Shown one piece after another: positions 25,391 to 36,115 of a stretch of DNA of 61,529 nucleotides. How positions within the stretch are numbered: position 1 is the stretch's first letter; each line of letters begins with the position of its first letter. The notes beneath the pieces were generated by a model. That model did no database searches, had not been told where the DNA came from, and saw nothing but the letters and a program-made list of their open reading frames with translations. The position numbers and the translations under genes were made by a program. The DNA comes from Deferrisomatales bacterium. GTDB lineage: Bacteria > Desulfobacterota > Deferrisomatia > Deferrisomatales > JACRMM01. The stretch lies in assembly GCA_033551855.1 (NCBI GenBank), contig JAWSUI010000019.1, forward strand, positions 1-61,529, read 5' to 3'.

Positions 25391-26179
25391 CTAGCGGATG
25401 AGGCGCCGGCGCATGCGGGCCACGGCCAGGGGGTAGAAGACCCCTGCAAAGACCGCCAGGTAGAGCAGGGGGAACCAGAGCCCCGGCTCCGCCCGCCCCA
25501 GGGCCAGGGCCCGGACCAGGGAGACCAGGTGCGTGAGGGGGAAGACCTGGGCGAAGGCCTGGGCCCAGTGGGGGAGGGACTCGAGGGGGAAGAAGGTGCC
25601 GCTGAAGAGGAACATCGGGGTCACGAACAAGAACACCGGGAGATTGAACACCTCGATGTTGGGCACCATGCCGGTGAACCACATCCCGACGCACCCGAAC
25701 GCGGCGCCGCCCAGGACGGCGAGGGGGAGCACCAAGAGGACGTGGGGGTAGGCGACCAGGCCGAAGGGGGTGAGCACCCCGAGCATCAGTGTCGCCGCGA
25801 TGAGGGACTTCGTCGCGCCCCAGAGGATCTCCCCGGTGATGACGTCCTCAAGGGAGAGGGGGGTGGCGAGCATGGCCTCGAAGGTCTTCTGGTAGTACAT
25901 GCGCACGTAGGACGCGTAAGTGGTCTCGAAGAAGGCGTTCTGCATGATCGCGATGGCCAGCAGCGCCGGGGCGATGAAACGGACGTAAGGCACCGTCTCG
26001 CCTCGGTAGGTCACCTCGCCCACCAGCGCGCCCAGCCCCGCCCCGAAGGCCACCAGGTAGAAGAGCGGCTCCAGGAGGGGCGGCAGGAAGCCGATCTTCC
26101 AGGTCTTCCGGTAGACGGTGAGGTTTCGCTGCCACACCCTCCGGAGACGCCAGGACACGTCGCCCACCGGGCTCCTCAT
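25391..26179 (-). CDS. ABC-2 type transporter permease (NodJ-like)
   Basis: ATG 26179 overlaps the ATPase stop (ATGA). LLEPLFYL, FIAPAL, MLATPL, TPMFLFSGTFFP. Confidence 0.9.
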   Translation of the reverse strand: MRSPVGDVSWRLRRVWQRNLTVYRKTWKIGFLPPLLEPLFYLVAFGAGLGALVGEVTYRGETVPYVRFIAPALLAIAIMQNAFFETTYASYVRMYYQKTFEAMLATPLSLEDVITGEILWGATKSLIAATLMLGVLTPFGLVAYPHVLLVLPLAVLGGAAFGCVGMWFTGMVPNIEVFNLPVFLFVTPMFLFSGTFFPLESLPHWAQAFAQVFPLTHLVSLVRALALGRAEPGLWFPLLYLAVFAGVFYPLAVARMRRRLIR

Positions 26180-27135
26180 TCCCGCAGCCCTCTCCCCGTG
26201 AGCTTGAGGAACACGTCTTCCAGGGTCGCCATGCGCATGACGCACCCCCCCGTGCAGTGTTCCTCGGCGATGCGGTGGAAGACGGCGTCCCCGTCCTCGC
26301 CGTAGACGAAGAGACGGTGTCCCAGGTCCTCCACCGCCAGCCCCTGGGTCGCCAGATACGCGCGGAGGGCGTCCCCCGGCTCGGCAACCTCGATGACGTA
26401 CCGGCCCACGTGGTCCCGGATGAGCTGCGAGGGCGTTCCTTCCACCAGGATCCGACCGTGGTCGAGGATCACGAGCCGATCGCACAGCCGGGCCGCTTCT
26501 TCCATGTAGTGGGTGGTGAGGAGCACGGTGAGGCCCCGGTCCCGAAGCTCCTCCACCTTTTCCCACACCTGGTGGCGGGCTTGGGGATCCAGCCCGGTCG
26601 TGGGCTCGTCGAGGATCAGGAGCTCGGGCTCGTTGATGAGCGCCCGCGCCAACACCAGGCGCCGCATCATGCCCCCGGAGAGCTCGATCACCCGGGCGGT
26701 GCGTCGGTGGTCGAGGGCCATGAAGCGAAGCAGCTCGTCGGCGCGACGTGCGGCTCGGTCCCGTGGGAGGTCGAAGTACCGGGCGAAGACCGCCAGGTTC
26801 TCCTCCACCGTCAGGTCCGGGTCGAGGTTGTTGTCCTGCTGGCAAACCCCCACCCGGGCGGCCACCTCCCGGCGGAAGGTCGCCACGTCCCACCCGAAGA
26901 CCCGGAGGCTGCCGGCGGTGATCGGGCTGTAGCCGTAGGTCATGCGAATGGTGGTGGTCTTGCCGGCCCCGTTGGGTCCCAAGAGACCGAAGCACTCCCC
27001 CCGCCGCACCCGATAGCTCAGGCCGTCCACCGCCCGAAGCCCCCCGAAGGACTTCACCAGGCCCTCGGCCTCCAGCACCACCTCTGCCGGCGGCCCCGCT
27101 TCCGGGCTCCCCGGGACACGGGGAGCGCTCAGCAC
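26176..27135 (-). CDS. ABC transporter ATP-binding protein (NodI-like)
   Basis: GPNGAGKTT, LSGGM, ILDEPTTGLD, TTHYMEEA, TLEDVFL; GGAGGAG RBS before GTG 27135. Confidence 0.92.
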   Translation of the reverse strand: MLSAPRVPGSPEAGPPAEVVLEAEGLVKSFGGLRAVDGLSYRVRRGECFGLLGPNGAGKTTTIRMTYGYSPITAGSLRVFGWDVATFRREVAARVGVCQQDNNLDPDLTVEENLAVFARYFDLPRDRAARRADELLRFMALDHRRTARVIELSGGMMRRLVLARALINEPELLILDEPTTGLDPQARHQVWEKVEELRDRGLTVLLTTHYMEEAARLCDRLVILDHGRILVEGTPSQLIRDHVGRYVIEVAEPGDALRAYLATQGLAVEDLGHRLFVYGEDGDAVFHRIAEEHCTGGCVMRMATLEDVFLKLTGRGLRE

Positions 27136-27226
27136 GGCAGGCGCTCCTCCCTGCGCCGAGGGACGGATGCGCCGCGGTGGGCCGCTCGGGCAAGCTCCCA
27201 CGACACGAACGGCGGGAGGGGGGGCC

Positions 27227-27748
27227 TCACCGCCAGGGCCGGCGGCCGTACCGGGGATCGTTCCACCAGGGGTACCAGGGGTCGTGGGGCCACCAGTACG
27301 GGGGCGGCGGGGTAGTCGGCTCCTTCCAGAGGTGAATCTCCCGGCCCTCGAGGGTCACGTACCGATAGGGCGCCTCCCCCACCAACTCGGTTTCGGCGCC
27401 CAGGACCCTTCCGGCGACGGTAACGCTTCGGCCCGGGGCGAACAGGACGGGGTCGAGGTACTCGGCGAAGCGCACGAGGAAGCGCCCACCGCTCGGGGCC
27501 TCCGCCCGGGGGGACTGGCCAAGGCCGAGGGGCCGATGGAGGACGAGGATCACGGTCCCGTCCGCGAGGTTGCGCGTCTCGATGATCTCTCCCCCAAGGA
27601 TGACGGTCCGGTTCAGCAGGGTCTCGGGACGCTGCCGGAACTCCTCGAAGGGCCCCACCGGCACGGCCTCCCGGCGAACCGGGGCCGAAACGACGGCGCA
27701 CCCCTCCACCGCCACCGCAGCCAAGAGGAGGAGGGACCACCGTTTCAC
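27227..27748 (-). CDS. Slp-family outer membrane lipoprotein
   Basis: Signal ending VEGC; VILGGEII, GGRFLV, YLDP, GRSVTVAG, IHLW; Pro/Trp/Tyr-rich tail. Confidence 0.85.
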   Translation of the reverse strand: MKRWSLLLLAAVAVEGCAVVSAPVRREAVPVGPFEEFRQRPETLLNRTVILGGEIIETRNLADGTVILVLHRPLGLGQSPRAEAPSGGRFLVRFAEYLDPVLFAPGRSVTVAGRVLGAETELVGEAPYRYVTLEGREIHLWKEPTTPPPPYWWPHDPWYPWWNDPRYGRRPWR

Positions 27749-28119
27749 CACTCCTCCTCCCGCCCTTCTCGATCCCGAGGGCCGGCCTCCTCGGCCTCGG
27801 ACAGGTCGGGGCGGACCCATTCCCGATCCACCACGGCCCGCACGGCCTCCAGCACGCGGCGCGGCTCGACCCCGGCCGGGGCGGTCCGGAGTCCGCTCCA
27901 GTGGGCTTCGGCTCGATCCAGGCAGGCCGCCGCCCCCCGGGCATTGCCCCGGTCCCTGTGGAACAAAGAGGCACAGACCAGCACCCACCCCTGATAGAGC
28001 TCCCGCTCGACCCCCTGGGCACGGTGCCACAAAGCCTCGAACCCCTGCTGTGCCTCGTAGTATCTCCCCTCGCGAAACTTCTCGAGGGCCTCCCCGTAGA
28101 GACTCGTCGCCTCCACCAT
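27745..28119 (-). CDS. DUF309-like helical protein
   Basis: FREGRYYEAQQGFEALW, LYQG, HRDRGNARGA. Confidence 0.75.
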   Translation of the reverse strand: MVEATSLYGEALEKFREGRYYEAQQGFEALWHRAQGVERELYQGWVLVCASLFHRDRGNARGAAACLDRAEAHWSGLRTAPAGVEPRRVLEAVRAVVDREWVRPDLSEAEEAGPRDREGREEEW

Positions 28120-28408
28120 GGCTCACCCCGCGCCCCCCGGCATCTGACCATCGTATCACCCGATCCCCGGATCGGCCAGGAAGGCGGCCCCCCGGAATTC
28201 TGGCTCATCCGGGAAATGACCGGGTACTCGTGTCCATGGACGATCGAATGGGCCCGACCACGTAGGCGGACGGCCGCTCGACCGGAGCTGCTGCTTCGGG
28301 AGCCGCAATCTCGCGAGGATTCCGGATGCGGCGCGGGAGCGCCCCCACCGTGCAGCCCGGCATCGTCTGCCGGAGTGGGCGGGCCCACCCGGTCGTTTAC
28401 CGGAAGAA

Positions 28409-28604
28409 CCAGATTTTCGGGCGGGGTCGGGGAGCCGCGGAGCGCCGCCCCGTGCCGCCTCGACCGATGGGTCCAAGCCAGCAGAAACGGGTGAAGCCGG
28501 GCGTACCCGCTTCCTCGCCAACGCCTCGTCCGGATGTCGCGGATTGCGAGAGGGGAGCGGAGGGGCGCCCCGACCCCGAGCACGTGCCAGGCGGTGGATC
28601 AGGG
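28409..28604 (+). repeat. ~200-bp palindromic element, subfamily B, copy B3 (5' end eroded)
   Basis: GGGGTCGGGGAGC...GCAGAAACGGGTGAAG...CCCCGACCCCGAGCACGTGCCAGGCGGTGGATCAGGG. Confidence 0.88.
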
Positions 28605-28678
28605 ATTGCCTCCCCGGTTGGAACCCGGCCCGGGATGAGGTACGCTTGCGCCTCCACCCCTCCCGCGAGGGCGAGGCC

Positions 28679-29707
28679 ATGGCGAGCATCCGGGAGTTCC
28701 TGGAAGGGCAAGAGGACCAGATGCTCCACCCGAAGGCCGCGCGGTCTCGGGATTCACGCGGCCGGGTGCGGGAGGAGCCGGAGTGCGACATCCGGCCTCC
28801 GTTCCAGCACGACCGGGACCGCATCCTCCACTCCAAGGCCTTTCGCCGGCTCAAGCACAAGACCCAGGTCTTCCTGGCCCCCGCGGGCGACCACTACCGG
28901 ACGCGGCTCACCCACACCCTGGAGGTGAGCCAGATTGCCCGCACCCTGGCCCGGGCGCTGCGCCTCAACGAGAGCCTGGTGGAGGCGGTCGCCCTGGCCC
29001 ACGACCTGGGGCACACGCCCTTCGGGCACGCCGGGGAGGCGGTGCTCAACCGCTTGAACCCCAAGGGTTTCCACCACGCGGCCCAAAGCCTGCGGGTCGT
29101 GGACCTGCTGGAGCGGGGCGGGGCGGGGCTCAACCTGACCTGGGAGGTGCGCCAAGGGATCCTCTTCCACACGAAGGGCAAGGGCGACATCCTGCACAGC
29201 GACGCATTCCTGGAGGCGCAACTGGTGCGCCTGGCGGACCTGATCGCGTACCTCAACCACGACGTGGACGATGCCCTGCGGGCCGGGGTCATCCAACGCA
29301 ACGAGATCCCGGCCGCGGTCCGCCGGAGCCTGGGGGAGACCCACAGTCAGCGGATCGATACCATGGTGCGCGACGCGATCCGGGAGACCCTGCACCGGGA
29401 CTGGGAGCAGGTTGCCCTCAGCGCCGACGTCCATGCGGCGGTACTCGCCCTTCGTCAGTTCCTGTACGATCGGGTGTACGAGAACCCCCAGGTGCACCAC
29501 GACTTCGTCAAGGCCAGCAAGGTGCTGGAGGAGCTCTACACCCGCTGCGTCCAGGAGCCGGAGTGGTTCCTGGACGGCCTGGCCCAGGGGATCCCGGGGG
29601 AGCCCTTGGAGGCCCTGGCCACGGACTTCGTGGCCGGCATGACAGACCGCTATGCGCTGACGCTCTATGAAGACGTGTTCATGCCCAAGCCCTGGAAGGT
29701 TTTGTGA
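28679..29707 (+). CDS. dgt: Deoxyguanosinetriphosphate triphosphohydrolase-like HD protein
   Basis: [57 protein letters not shown]. Confidence 0.93.
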   Translation: MASIREFLEGQEDQMLHPKAARSRDSRGRVREEPECDIRPPFQHDRDRILHSKAFRRLKHKTQVFLAPAGDHYRTRLTHTLEVSQIARTLARALRLNESLVEAVALAHDLGHTPFGHAGEAVLNRLNPKGFHHAAQSLRVVDLLERGGAGLNLTWEVRQGILFHTKGKGDILHSDAFLEAQLVRLADLIAYLNHDVDDALRAGVIQRNEIPAAVRRSLGETHSQRIDTMVRDAIRETLHRDWEQVALSADVHAAVLALRQFLYDRVYENPQVHHDFVKASKVLEELYTRCVQEPEWFLDGLAQGIPGEPLEALATDFVAGMTDRYALTLYEDVFMPKPWKVL

Positions 29708-29830
29708 CACCCCCTGTTCAGGTTTGGCCGCCGCGGTCGAAAAGTGGAGACGACCGCGGGGCAGGCCTGGGCCCCCCGCGGCGCCCCGCGGGGGGGCCCC
29801 GAGACCCTCACTGCAAGCCGGGAGGTCAGC

Positions 29831-31285
29831 ATGCCTAAGAAGCTCCTCGTCGTGGACGACAGCTCCACCATACTGGAGGCGGTCCGCTACGCCCTGACCG
29901 GGGAGGGTTGGGCCGTGTCCGCGGTCTCATCGACGGAAGAGGCCCTCACGGCCCTGGAGGAGGAGCTCCCCGACGCCGTGCTGTGCGACGTGAGCCTGGG
30001 CGAGGGAGATGATGGATACGAGGCCTGCCGTACCCTGCACGCCGCCCTCGGGGGAGCCGAGGTGCCGGTCATCCTCATGGGCAGAACGGTGAGCGAAGAG
30101 CTGGCAGCTTCTGCGGGGGCCGCGGTCGTCTTGAGCAAGCCCTTCCAGTCCCACGAGTTGGTGGACACCCTGGAGTACGCCCTGCAACACCCCGCCCTGG
30201 AGCCTCGGGAGGACGAGGGGTTTGCCATCGAAGGGCTTCCTCCGAGCTCACGAGCACTCGATCCGACGCCCACCGCCTCGCCGTCCCCGGGAGATGTAGA
30301 GATCATCGACCTCTCCGACGACGAGCTCACGGACGTGGACTGGCTGGAGGACTTGGAACCCCTTCCCCCTGCCGAGGAGCCCGGCGAGGATTTCGCGGAC
30401 CTCGGAGTCGGGGCGGAGGAAGCGGCCGCGGCATCGTCGGGGGCCGCGTGGGGAGAGCTGGAGTGGGACCCCGGTACCGCGATGAAGGACTTCGGGTCGC
30501 GCCCGGCGGCCCCCGGAGGGAAGGACCCGGAGGTTTCCGAACCCATCGAGCTGCCCCTCTGGGACCGGGAGGGTGCCGCGGCAGTGGAATCCCACGCGGA
30601 GCCCTCGGCGGCCGAAGGGGGAGCGCCAAGGTCGGTGGCGGAGGAGCTCCTGCAAGGACTCGGCCTCGGCCCCACAGTCTCCGAACCCGGGGAGCCGGAC
30701 GAAGAGGATCTCCTGGGAGACATCGATCTGGAGGGTTGGGCCGAGGAGGGCCGAGGTCCTGCCCCGACCCCGGAGAGGCCGCTGGAGGAAGTCTTCGAGG
30801 CCAGGGGCGAGCCCCCGGAAGAAGCAGGGGAGCGTGGAGCCGGCCGGGAGCCCTTCGGGGAGTTGGAGCTGCCGGAGGACCTGCTGGGGGAGCTCCCCCC
30901 CGAAGGGGAGCCCGGGGAGTCGGCAGGGACCGAGGACTCGGAGGAGGGCGTGCCTTGGGCAGAGGTCTTCCCGAGCGCCGCGGGGAGTGCGGACGAGCAG
31001 CCCCAGGGCGATCCGACCTGGGCAGAGCCACAGCGGCCCCCCCTCTCCTCGATCCCCTGGGATCTCGAGGCCACGGAGCCGGAACCCATCGCAGCCCAGG
31101 TGGCCGAGGGGGCAGCGGATGCGGTGCGCCGGGCCCTGGAGGAGAGCCTCTCCGCAGAAAGACTTACCCCCCTGGTGACCGCTGTGGTCGAGAAGGCGGT
31201 TTGGGAGGTGGTGCCCCCCCTGGCCGAGCGCCTCATCCGGGAAGCCATCGAGAAGCTCCAGAGGGAGCCTCCGGACGCCGCGTAG
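29831..31285 (+). CDS. romR: RomR-like response regulator (receiver, long acidic disordered linker, conserved helical C-terminus)
   Basis: LLVVDDS...VLCDV...KPF receiver; C-terminal [24 protein letters not shown] resembles the myxobacterial RomR tail; directly upstream of valS. Confidence 0.75.
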   Translation: MPKKLLVVDDSSTILEAVRYALTGEGWAVSAVSSTEEALTALEEELPDAVLCDVSLGEGDDGYEACRTLHAALGGAEVPVILMGRTVSEELAASAGAAVVLSKPFQSHELVDTLEYALQHPALEPREDEGFAIEGLPPSSRALDPTPTASPSPGDVEIIDLSDDELTDVDWLEDLEPLPPAEEPGEDFADLGVGAEEAAAASSGAAWGELEWDPGTAMKDFGSRPAAPGGKDPEVSEPIELPLWDREGAAAVESHAEPSAAEGGAPRSVAEELLQGLGLGPTVSEPGEPDEEDLLGDIDLEGWAEEGRGPAPTPERPLEEVFEARGEPPEEAGERGAGREPFGELELPEDLLGELPPEGEPGESAGTEDSEEGVPWAEVFPSAAGSADEQPQGDPTWAEPQRPPLSSIPWDLEATEPEPIAAQVAEGAADAVRRALEESLSAERLTPLVTAVVEKAVWEVVPPLAERLIREAIEKLQREPPDAA

Positions 31286-31336
31286 GGCACAGGGCAGGGG
31301 GCGAGAGCGGAGAGAAGCGGACAGGAACCTCGAGTT

Positions 31337-31544
31337 CCCCAAATCCACCGCCACATGTCGGGCGGGATTGGGGAGCCGTGGAGCGCAGCCCCGTACCGCC
31401 CCGACCGACCGGCCCAAGCCCGCAGAAACGGGTGGAGCGGGGCGTACCCGCTTCCTCGCCAACGCGTCGTCCGGATGTCGCGGATCGCGGGGCGGAGCCG
31501 AGGGGCTCCCCGACCCCGAGCACGTGCCAGGCGGTGGGTCTAGG
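31337..31544 (+). repeat. ~200-bp palindromic element, subfamily B, copy B2
   Basis: Ends CCCCAAATCCACCGCC ... GGCGGTGGGTCTAGG; interior matches B1, B3 and B4. Confidence 0.9.
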
Positions 31545-31548
31545 AGGT

Positions 31549-31758
31549 CCCAGAATCCACCGCCAGATTGTGGGACGGAGTCCGGGAGCACAGGAGTGCA
31601 GCCCCGCACCGCATCCGCCAACCCGACGAGGCCGGCGCAAGCGGGTGAAGACCGGCGCACCGGGCACTGCTGGGGTACCTCCTCGAATTGCCGCGGATTG
31701 CGGGGCGAAACGCAGGGGCTCCCGGACTCCGCTTGCCAACCAGCCGGTGGACCCAGGG
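31549..31758 (+). repeat. ~200-bp palindromic element, subfamily A, copy A2
   Basis: Ends CCCAGAATCCACCG ... CCGGTGGACCCAGGG; perfect inner arms at 31577-31589 and 31718-31730. Confidence 0.9.
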
Positions 31759-31857
31759 GTCCCCACGTGCTTGCACCCCACCCTGCCCGTCCGTAGACTG
31801 GCGTCCCCTTCGACGTCAGCAGGGCGCCCCGGGGGCGCCCCACACCGAGGACCCGCG

Positions 31858-34554
31858 ATGAGCACGCCCACCCAGCCTGCCGGCCCGGCCGAGCTCGGCC
31901 CCTACGACCCCCACCCCATCGAGGAGAAGTGGTACCGACGTTGGGAGTCCGGCGGGGTGTTCCACGCCGACCCTTCCTCTCCCCTGCCGCCATACTCCAT
32001 CGTGATCCCCCCGCCCAACGTCACGGGCAATCTGCACATGGGCCACGCCCTCAACAACACCCTCCAGGACGTCCTGATCCGCTACAAGCGCATGGACGGA
32101 TGCGAGGCCCTGTGGATGCCCGGGACCGATCACGCGGGCATCGCCACGCAGAACGTGGTCGAACGCATGCTCGCCCAGGAGGGCGGCTCCCGGGAGGCCC
32201 TGGGCCGTGAGGCCTTCGTCGCCCGGGTGTGGAAGTGGAAGGAGGAGTCGGGGGGGACCATCATCCGTCAGCTCCGGCGGCTGGGGGCCTCCTGCGACTG
32301 GGAGCGGGAGCGCTTCACCATGGACGAGGGCCTCTCCCGAGCAGTGCGGGAGGTCTTCTGCCAGCTCTATGACGAGGGCCTCATCTACCGGGGGGATTAC
32401 ATCACCAACTGGTGCCCTCGCTGCCAGACGGCCCTGTCGGACCTGGAGGTGGAGCACGAGGACACCCGGGGCCGGCTGTGGAACCTGCGCTACCCCTTCG
32501 CGGACGGCTCGGGGGCAGTGCTGGTGGCCACAACCCGGCCGGAGACGATGCTCGGCGACACGGCCGTGGCCGTGCACCCGGAGGACGCCCGCTACCGCGG
32601 CAAGACGGGCAGGATGCTCCTGCTCCCCCTCGTTGGCCGGGAGATCCCGCTGGTGGCGGACGCCGCGGTGGACCCGGCCTTCGGCACGGGGGCCGTGAAG
32701 GTCACCCCGGCCCACGACCCCACGGACTTTGCCATCGGCCTGCGCCACGGCCTGCCCCTGGTGGCTGTCATCGGAAAGGACGGCACCATGACCCCGGAGG
32801 CGGGCAAGGCCTACGCCGGTCTCGACCGCTACGAGGCCCGGCAGAGGGTGCTGTCGGACCTCGAGGCCTGCGGGGCCCTGCTCGGGGACGAGGCCCACGC
32901 CCACGCGGTGGGGCACTGCTACCGGTGTCACACGGCCATCGAACCCCTGGTGTCCCGCCAGTGGTTCTTGCGGGTGCAGCCCCTGGCGGAGAAGGCCGTG
33001 GCCGCCGTGCGGGAGGGGCGCACCCGGATCGTGCCCGCCCAGTGGGAGAAGACGTACTACCACTGGATGGAGAACATCCGCGACTGGTGCATCTCGCGGC
33101 AGATCTGGTGGGGGCACCGCATTCCGGCCTTTCACTGCGCCGCCTGCGGCAGCCTGACGGTGGCCCGGGATGACCCCGCCGCGTGCCCGCGCTGCGGGTC
33201 CCTGGAACTGGAGCAGGACACCGACGTCCTGGACACGTGGTTCTCCTCGGCCCTGTGGCCGTTTTCCACCATGGGCTGGCCCGCGCGCACCCCCGAGCTC
33301 GCCAAGTTCTATCCCACGAGCGCCCTGGTCACGGGCTTCGACATCCTCTTCTTCTGGGTGGCCCGGATGATGATGATGGGCCTGAAGTTCATGGGGGACG
33401 TGCCCTTCCGAGAGGTGTACATCCATGCCCTGGTCCGGGACGAGCAGGGCCAGAAGATGTCCAAGAGCAAAGGCAATGTGATCGATCCCCTCGAGGTGAT
33501 CGACCGCTACGGGGCCGACGCGTTCCGGTTCACCCTGTGCGCGTTCGCGGCCCAGGGGCGGGACGTCCGCCTCTCCACCGAGCGCATCGAGGGCTACTCG
33601 CGCTTCGTGAACAAGATATGGAACGCCGCCCGGTTCGCCTTGGGCAACCTGGACGACCTCGACCCCGAGGCAGCCGAGGTGCCTTTCGACCAGCTGCTGC
33701 CCCAGGACCGCTGGGTCCTCACCCGCCTGCGGGCGGCGACGGCGGAGGTGCGCCGCAACCTCGACGGATACGAATTCGACAAGGCCGCCGGCGCCGCCTA
33801 TCAGTTCCTGTGGCGGGAGCTCTGCGACTGGTACATCGAGATGGCCAAACGCCCCCTTCACGGAAGCCCCGAGGGGACGGCGCGGCGGGGCACCCAGCAG
33901 ACCCTGGTGCGGGCCTTGGACGCCACCTTTCGGCTCCTGCACCCCTTCATGCCCTTCGTCACCGAGGAACTCTGGAGCCGTCTCCCCTGGCCGGAGCTCC
34001 TCGGGAAACGGCCGGACTGCCTCGCCCGGGCTCCCTTCCCCCGCCCCGAGGACCTTCCCGCCGACGAGGCGGCAACCGCCCGCGTGGAGCTCCTCCAGGC
34101 CGCCGTATCGGCCGTCCGGAACGTCCGCGGCGAGAGCAACGTGCCGCCTTCCCGGAAGGTCACGGCCATCCTCCAGGGAGACGAGGGGGTGCTCTCGGTC
34201 CTGCGCGAGGAGGTCGAGGGGCTGCGCACCCTGGCCGGGATCGGCGAGCTGCGCTTCCTGGCCGCAGGGGCCCCCAAACCCGAGCAGGCGGCGGTGGCCG
34301 TGGCGCCGGGCCTGGAGATATTCCTGCCCCTGGCGGGGCTCCTAGACCTGGGGGAGGAGGAGCGCAGGCTCCGAAAGGAGATCGAGAGGGCGGAGGCGGA
34401 GTGGACACGGCTCGACGCCAAGCTGGGGAATCCCCACTTCGTGGATCGAGCGCCGACCGCCGTGGTGGAGAAGGAGAGGGCCCGGTCGGCCGAGGCCCAG
34501 GAGGCCCTCGCGAAGCTGCGGGCGAGCCTCGAGCGCGTCCTCTCGGCCGCCTGA
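31858..34554 (+). CDS. valS: Valine--tRNA ligase
   Basis: [51 protein letters not shown]-terminal coiled coil. Confidence 0.97.
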   Translation: MSTPTQPAGPAELGPYDPHPIEEKWYRRWESGGVFHADPSSPLPPYSIVIPPPNVTGNLHMGHALNNTLQDVLIRYKRMDGCEALWMPGTDHAGIATQNVVERMLAQEGGSREALGREAFVARVWKWKEESGGTIIRQLRRLGASCDWERERFTMDEGLSRAVREVFCQLYDEGLIYRGDYITNWCPRCQTALSDLEVEHEDTRGRLWNLRYPFADGSGAVLVATTRPETMLGDTAVAVHPEDARYRGKTGRMLLLPLVGREIPLVADAAVDPAFGTGAVKVTPAHDPTDFAIGLRHGLPLVAVIGKDGTMTPEAGKAYAGLDRYEARQRVLSDLEACGALLGDEAHAHAVGHCYRCHTAIEPLVSRQWFLRVQPLAEKAVAAVREGRTRIVPAQWEKTYYHWMENIRDWCISRQIWWGHRIPAFHCAACGSLTVARDDPAACPRCGSLELEQDTDVLDTWFSSALWPFSTMGWPARTPELAKFYPTSALVTGFDILFFWVARMMMMGLKFMGDVPFREVYIHALVRDEQGQKMSKSKGNVIDPLEVIDRYGADAFRFTLCAFAAQGRDVRLSTERIEGYSRFVNKIWNAARFALGNLDDLDPEAAEVPFDQLLPQDRWVLTRLRAATAEVRRNLDGYEFDKAAGAAYQFLWRELCDWYIEMAKRPLHGSPEGTARRGTQQTLVRALDATFRLLHPFMPFVTEELWSRLPWPELLGKRPDCLARAPFPRPEDLPADEAATARVELLQAAVSAVRNVRGESNVPPSRKVTAILQGDEGVLSVLREEVEGLRTLAGIGELRFLAAGAPKPEQAAVAVAPGLEIFLPLAGLLDLGEEERRLRKEIERAEAEWTRLDAKLGNPHFVDRAPTAVVEKERARSAEAQEALAKLRASLERVLSAA

Positions 34555-34564
34555 GGAGCGAGAA

Positions 34565-35410
34565 GTGATGGACTTTCCCTTGCTCGCCGCCGACCGCGTG
34601 CTCCGGGCGGCCCTGGAAGAAGACGTGGGCCCGGGGGACGTCACGACCCAGGCGGTCGTGGCGGCCGGAAGCCGGGCCCGGGGGGTGCTGATCGCCAAGG
34701 AACCCCTGCGACTGGCGGGCCTTGCCGGCTTCCTGCGGACCTTTGAGCTCCTCGGGGGGAAGGACCTCCGCTGGCAGCTCTTCTGCCGTGAGGGGGACGA
34801 CGCGGCTGCCGGCACCCGGGTCCTGGAGGTCGCGGGGGACGCCCGGGTGCTCCTCACCGGCGAGCGCACCGCCCTGAACCTCCTGCAGCGCCTCTCGGGG
34901 ATCGCGACCCTCACGGCCCGCTGGGCCCGCCACCTCGAGGGCACCCGGGCGCGGCTCGTGGACACCCGCAAGACGACTCCCGGTCTTCGCGCCCTGGAGA
35001 AGTACGCCGTGCGGGTGGGAGGCGGCGCGAACCACCGCGCCGGGCTTTACGACGGGGTCCTTCTGAAGGAGAACCACCTGCGGGCGGGCGGCGGCATTGC
35101 GCCGGGGGTGGCGGCTGCCCGCGCCCATGTGCCCCACACCCTGAAGATCGAGGTCGAGGTCACGAGCCTGGACGAGCTGGGGCAGGCCCTCGGAGCCGGG
35201 GCGGACGCCGTGCTGCTCGACAACATGTCCCTGGGCGACATGGCGGAGGCGGTGCGCCGGACCGCCGGCAGGGCACTCCTGGAAGCCTCCGGGGGCATCA
35301 CCGAGGACCGACTGCGGGCGGTGGCCGAGACCGGGGTCGACCTGATCTCCGCAGGAGCGCTCACCCACTCGGCCCGCGCCGTCGATCTCTCGTTCCTGTT
35401 CGAGGTGTGA
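34565..35410 (+). CDS. nadC: Nicotinate-nucleotide diphosphorylase (carboxylating)
   Basis: ALEED...GDVTT, ERTALN, DTRKTTPG, LKENH, EVEV, LLDNM, EASGGI. Start may be ATG 34568. Confidence 0.95.
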   Translation: MMDFPLLAADRVLRAALEEDVGPGDVTTQAVVAAGSRARGVLIAKEPLRLAGLAGFLRTFELLGGKDLRWQLFCREGDDAAAGTRVLEVAGDARVLLTGERTALNLLQRLSGIATLTARWARHLEGTRARLVDTRKTTPGLRALEKYAVRVGGGANHRAGLYDGVLLKENHLRAGGGIAPGVAAARAHVPHTLKIEVEVTSLDELGQALGAGADAVLLDNMSLGDMAEAVRRTAGRALLEASGGITEDRLRAVAETGVDLISAGALTHSARAVDLSFLFEV

Positions 35411-35579
35411 GGGAGCGGTGGTCCCGGTTCGCGGTGGTTTCGCGGTCTCCGGCTGTCCCCGGGGCCAGGTCCCGGGCCGGTCACCCTCGGGTCCCCTCCC
35501 GGGGAAGGTCCGGCCGCGCCACGGGCCCTCCAATGGACCGGCCCCCCGCGGCACCGCGGGAGAGCCCGGCGGGGACCGC

Positions 35580-36020
35580 CTAGGGGAGCTCCCCCAGGGC
35601 GCGCTCGTAGGCAGCCAGGTGTCCCTCCGAGAAGAGCACGAAGCGGACCTCCTCCAGCCCACTCCCGGCCCGGAGGAACCCGCCGACCGCAGTCAGTGCG
35701 GTGTCCGCAGCCTCCTCCAGCGGGTAGCCGTAGGCCCCCGTGGAGATCGAGGGGAAGGCCACGGTGCGCAGGCCGCGGGCCTCGGCCAGGGCGAGGCTCT
35801 CCCGGTAGGCGCTCGCCAGGACCTCTGCCTCGCCGCGGTCCCCTCCCCGCCAAACGGGCCCCACGGTGTGGATCACGAAGCCGGCCCGGTGGACCGCGCC
35901 GTCCACCCCCCCTCCTCCGAGAAGGGAGGGGTTGGCCGCGTTGACGATCGCATCGACGGCCTGCTGCGTGAGGTCACCCTGTACGAGCACGACGCGGGTG
36001 CTCCCGAAGGTCCCCTCCAT
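35580..36020 (-). CDS. Macrodomain O-acetyl-ADP-ribose deacetylase (YmdB-like) with apparent internal in-frame deletion; possibly a pseudogene
   Basis: [29 protein letters not shown] joined directly to [23 protein letters not shown]; only 146 aa. Confidence 0.8.
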   Translation of the reverse strand: MEGTFGSTRVVLVQGDLTQQAVDAIVNAANPSLLGGGGVDGAVHRAGFVIHTVGPVWRGGDRGEAEVLASAYRESLALAEARGLRTVAFPSISTGAYGYPLEEAADTALTAVGGFLRAGSGLEEVRFVLFSEGHLAAYERALGELP

Positions 36021-36115
36021 GGGATCTTCCCCTCTCCCGCCGGCAGTGACGCCCCCCTGCAACCCCCCGACCGTGCCTCCGGCACCGAGGATCCCCGATC
36101 CAGGGGAGGACACCC

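Noticed and set aside
31545..31857. T-box riboswitch upstream of valS
   Set aside because: No T-box consensus (TGGGTGGTACCGCG-like) or terminator; the region is explained by repeat copy A2.
30448..31857. 470-aa N-terminal extension of ValS in the ORF track (similar extensions on glyS, efp, mrfB, LUD, permease)
   Set aside because: Runs through another gene's frame and non-coding repeats; the true starts are supported by RBS, stop/start overlaps and family N-termini.
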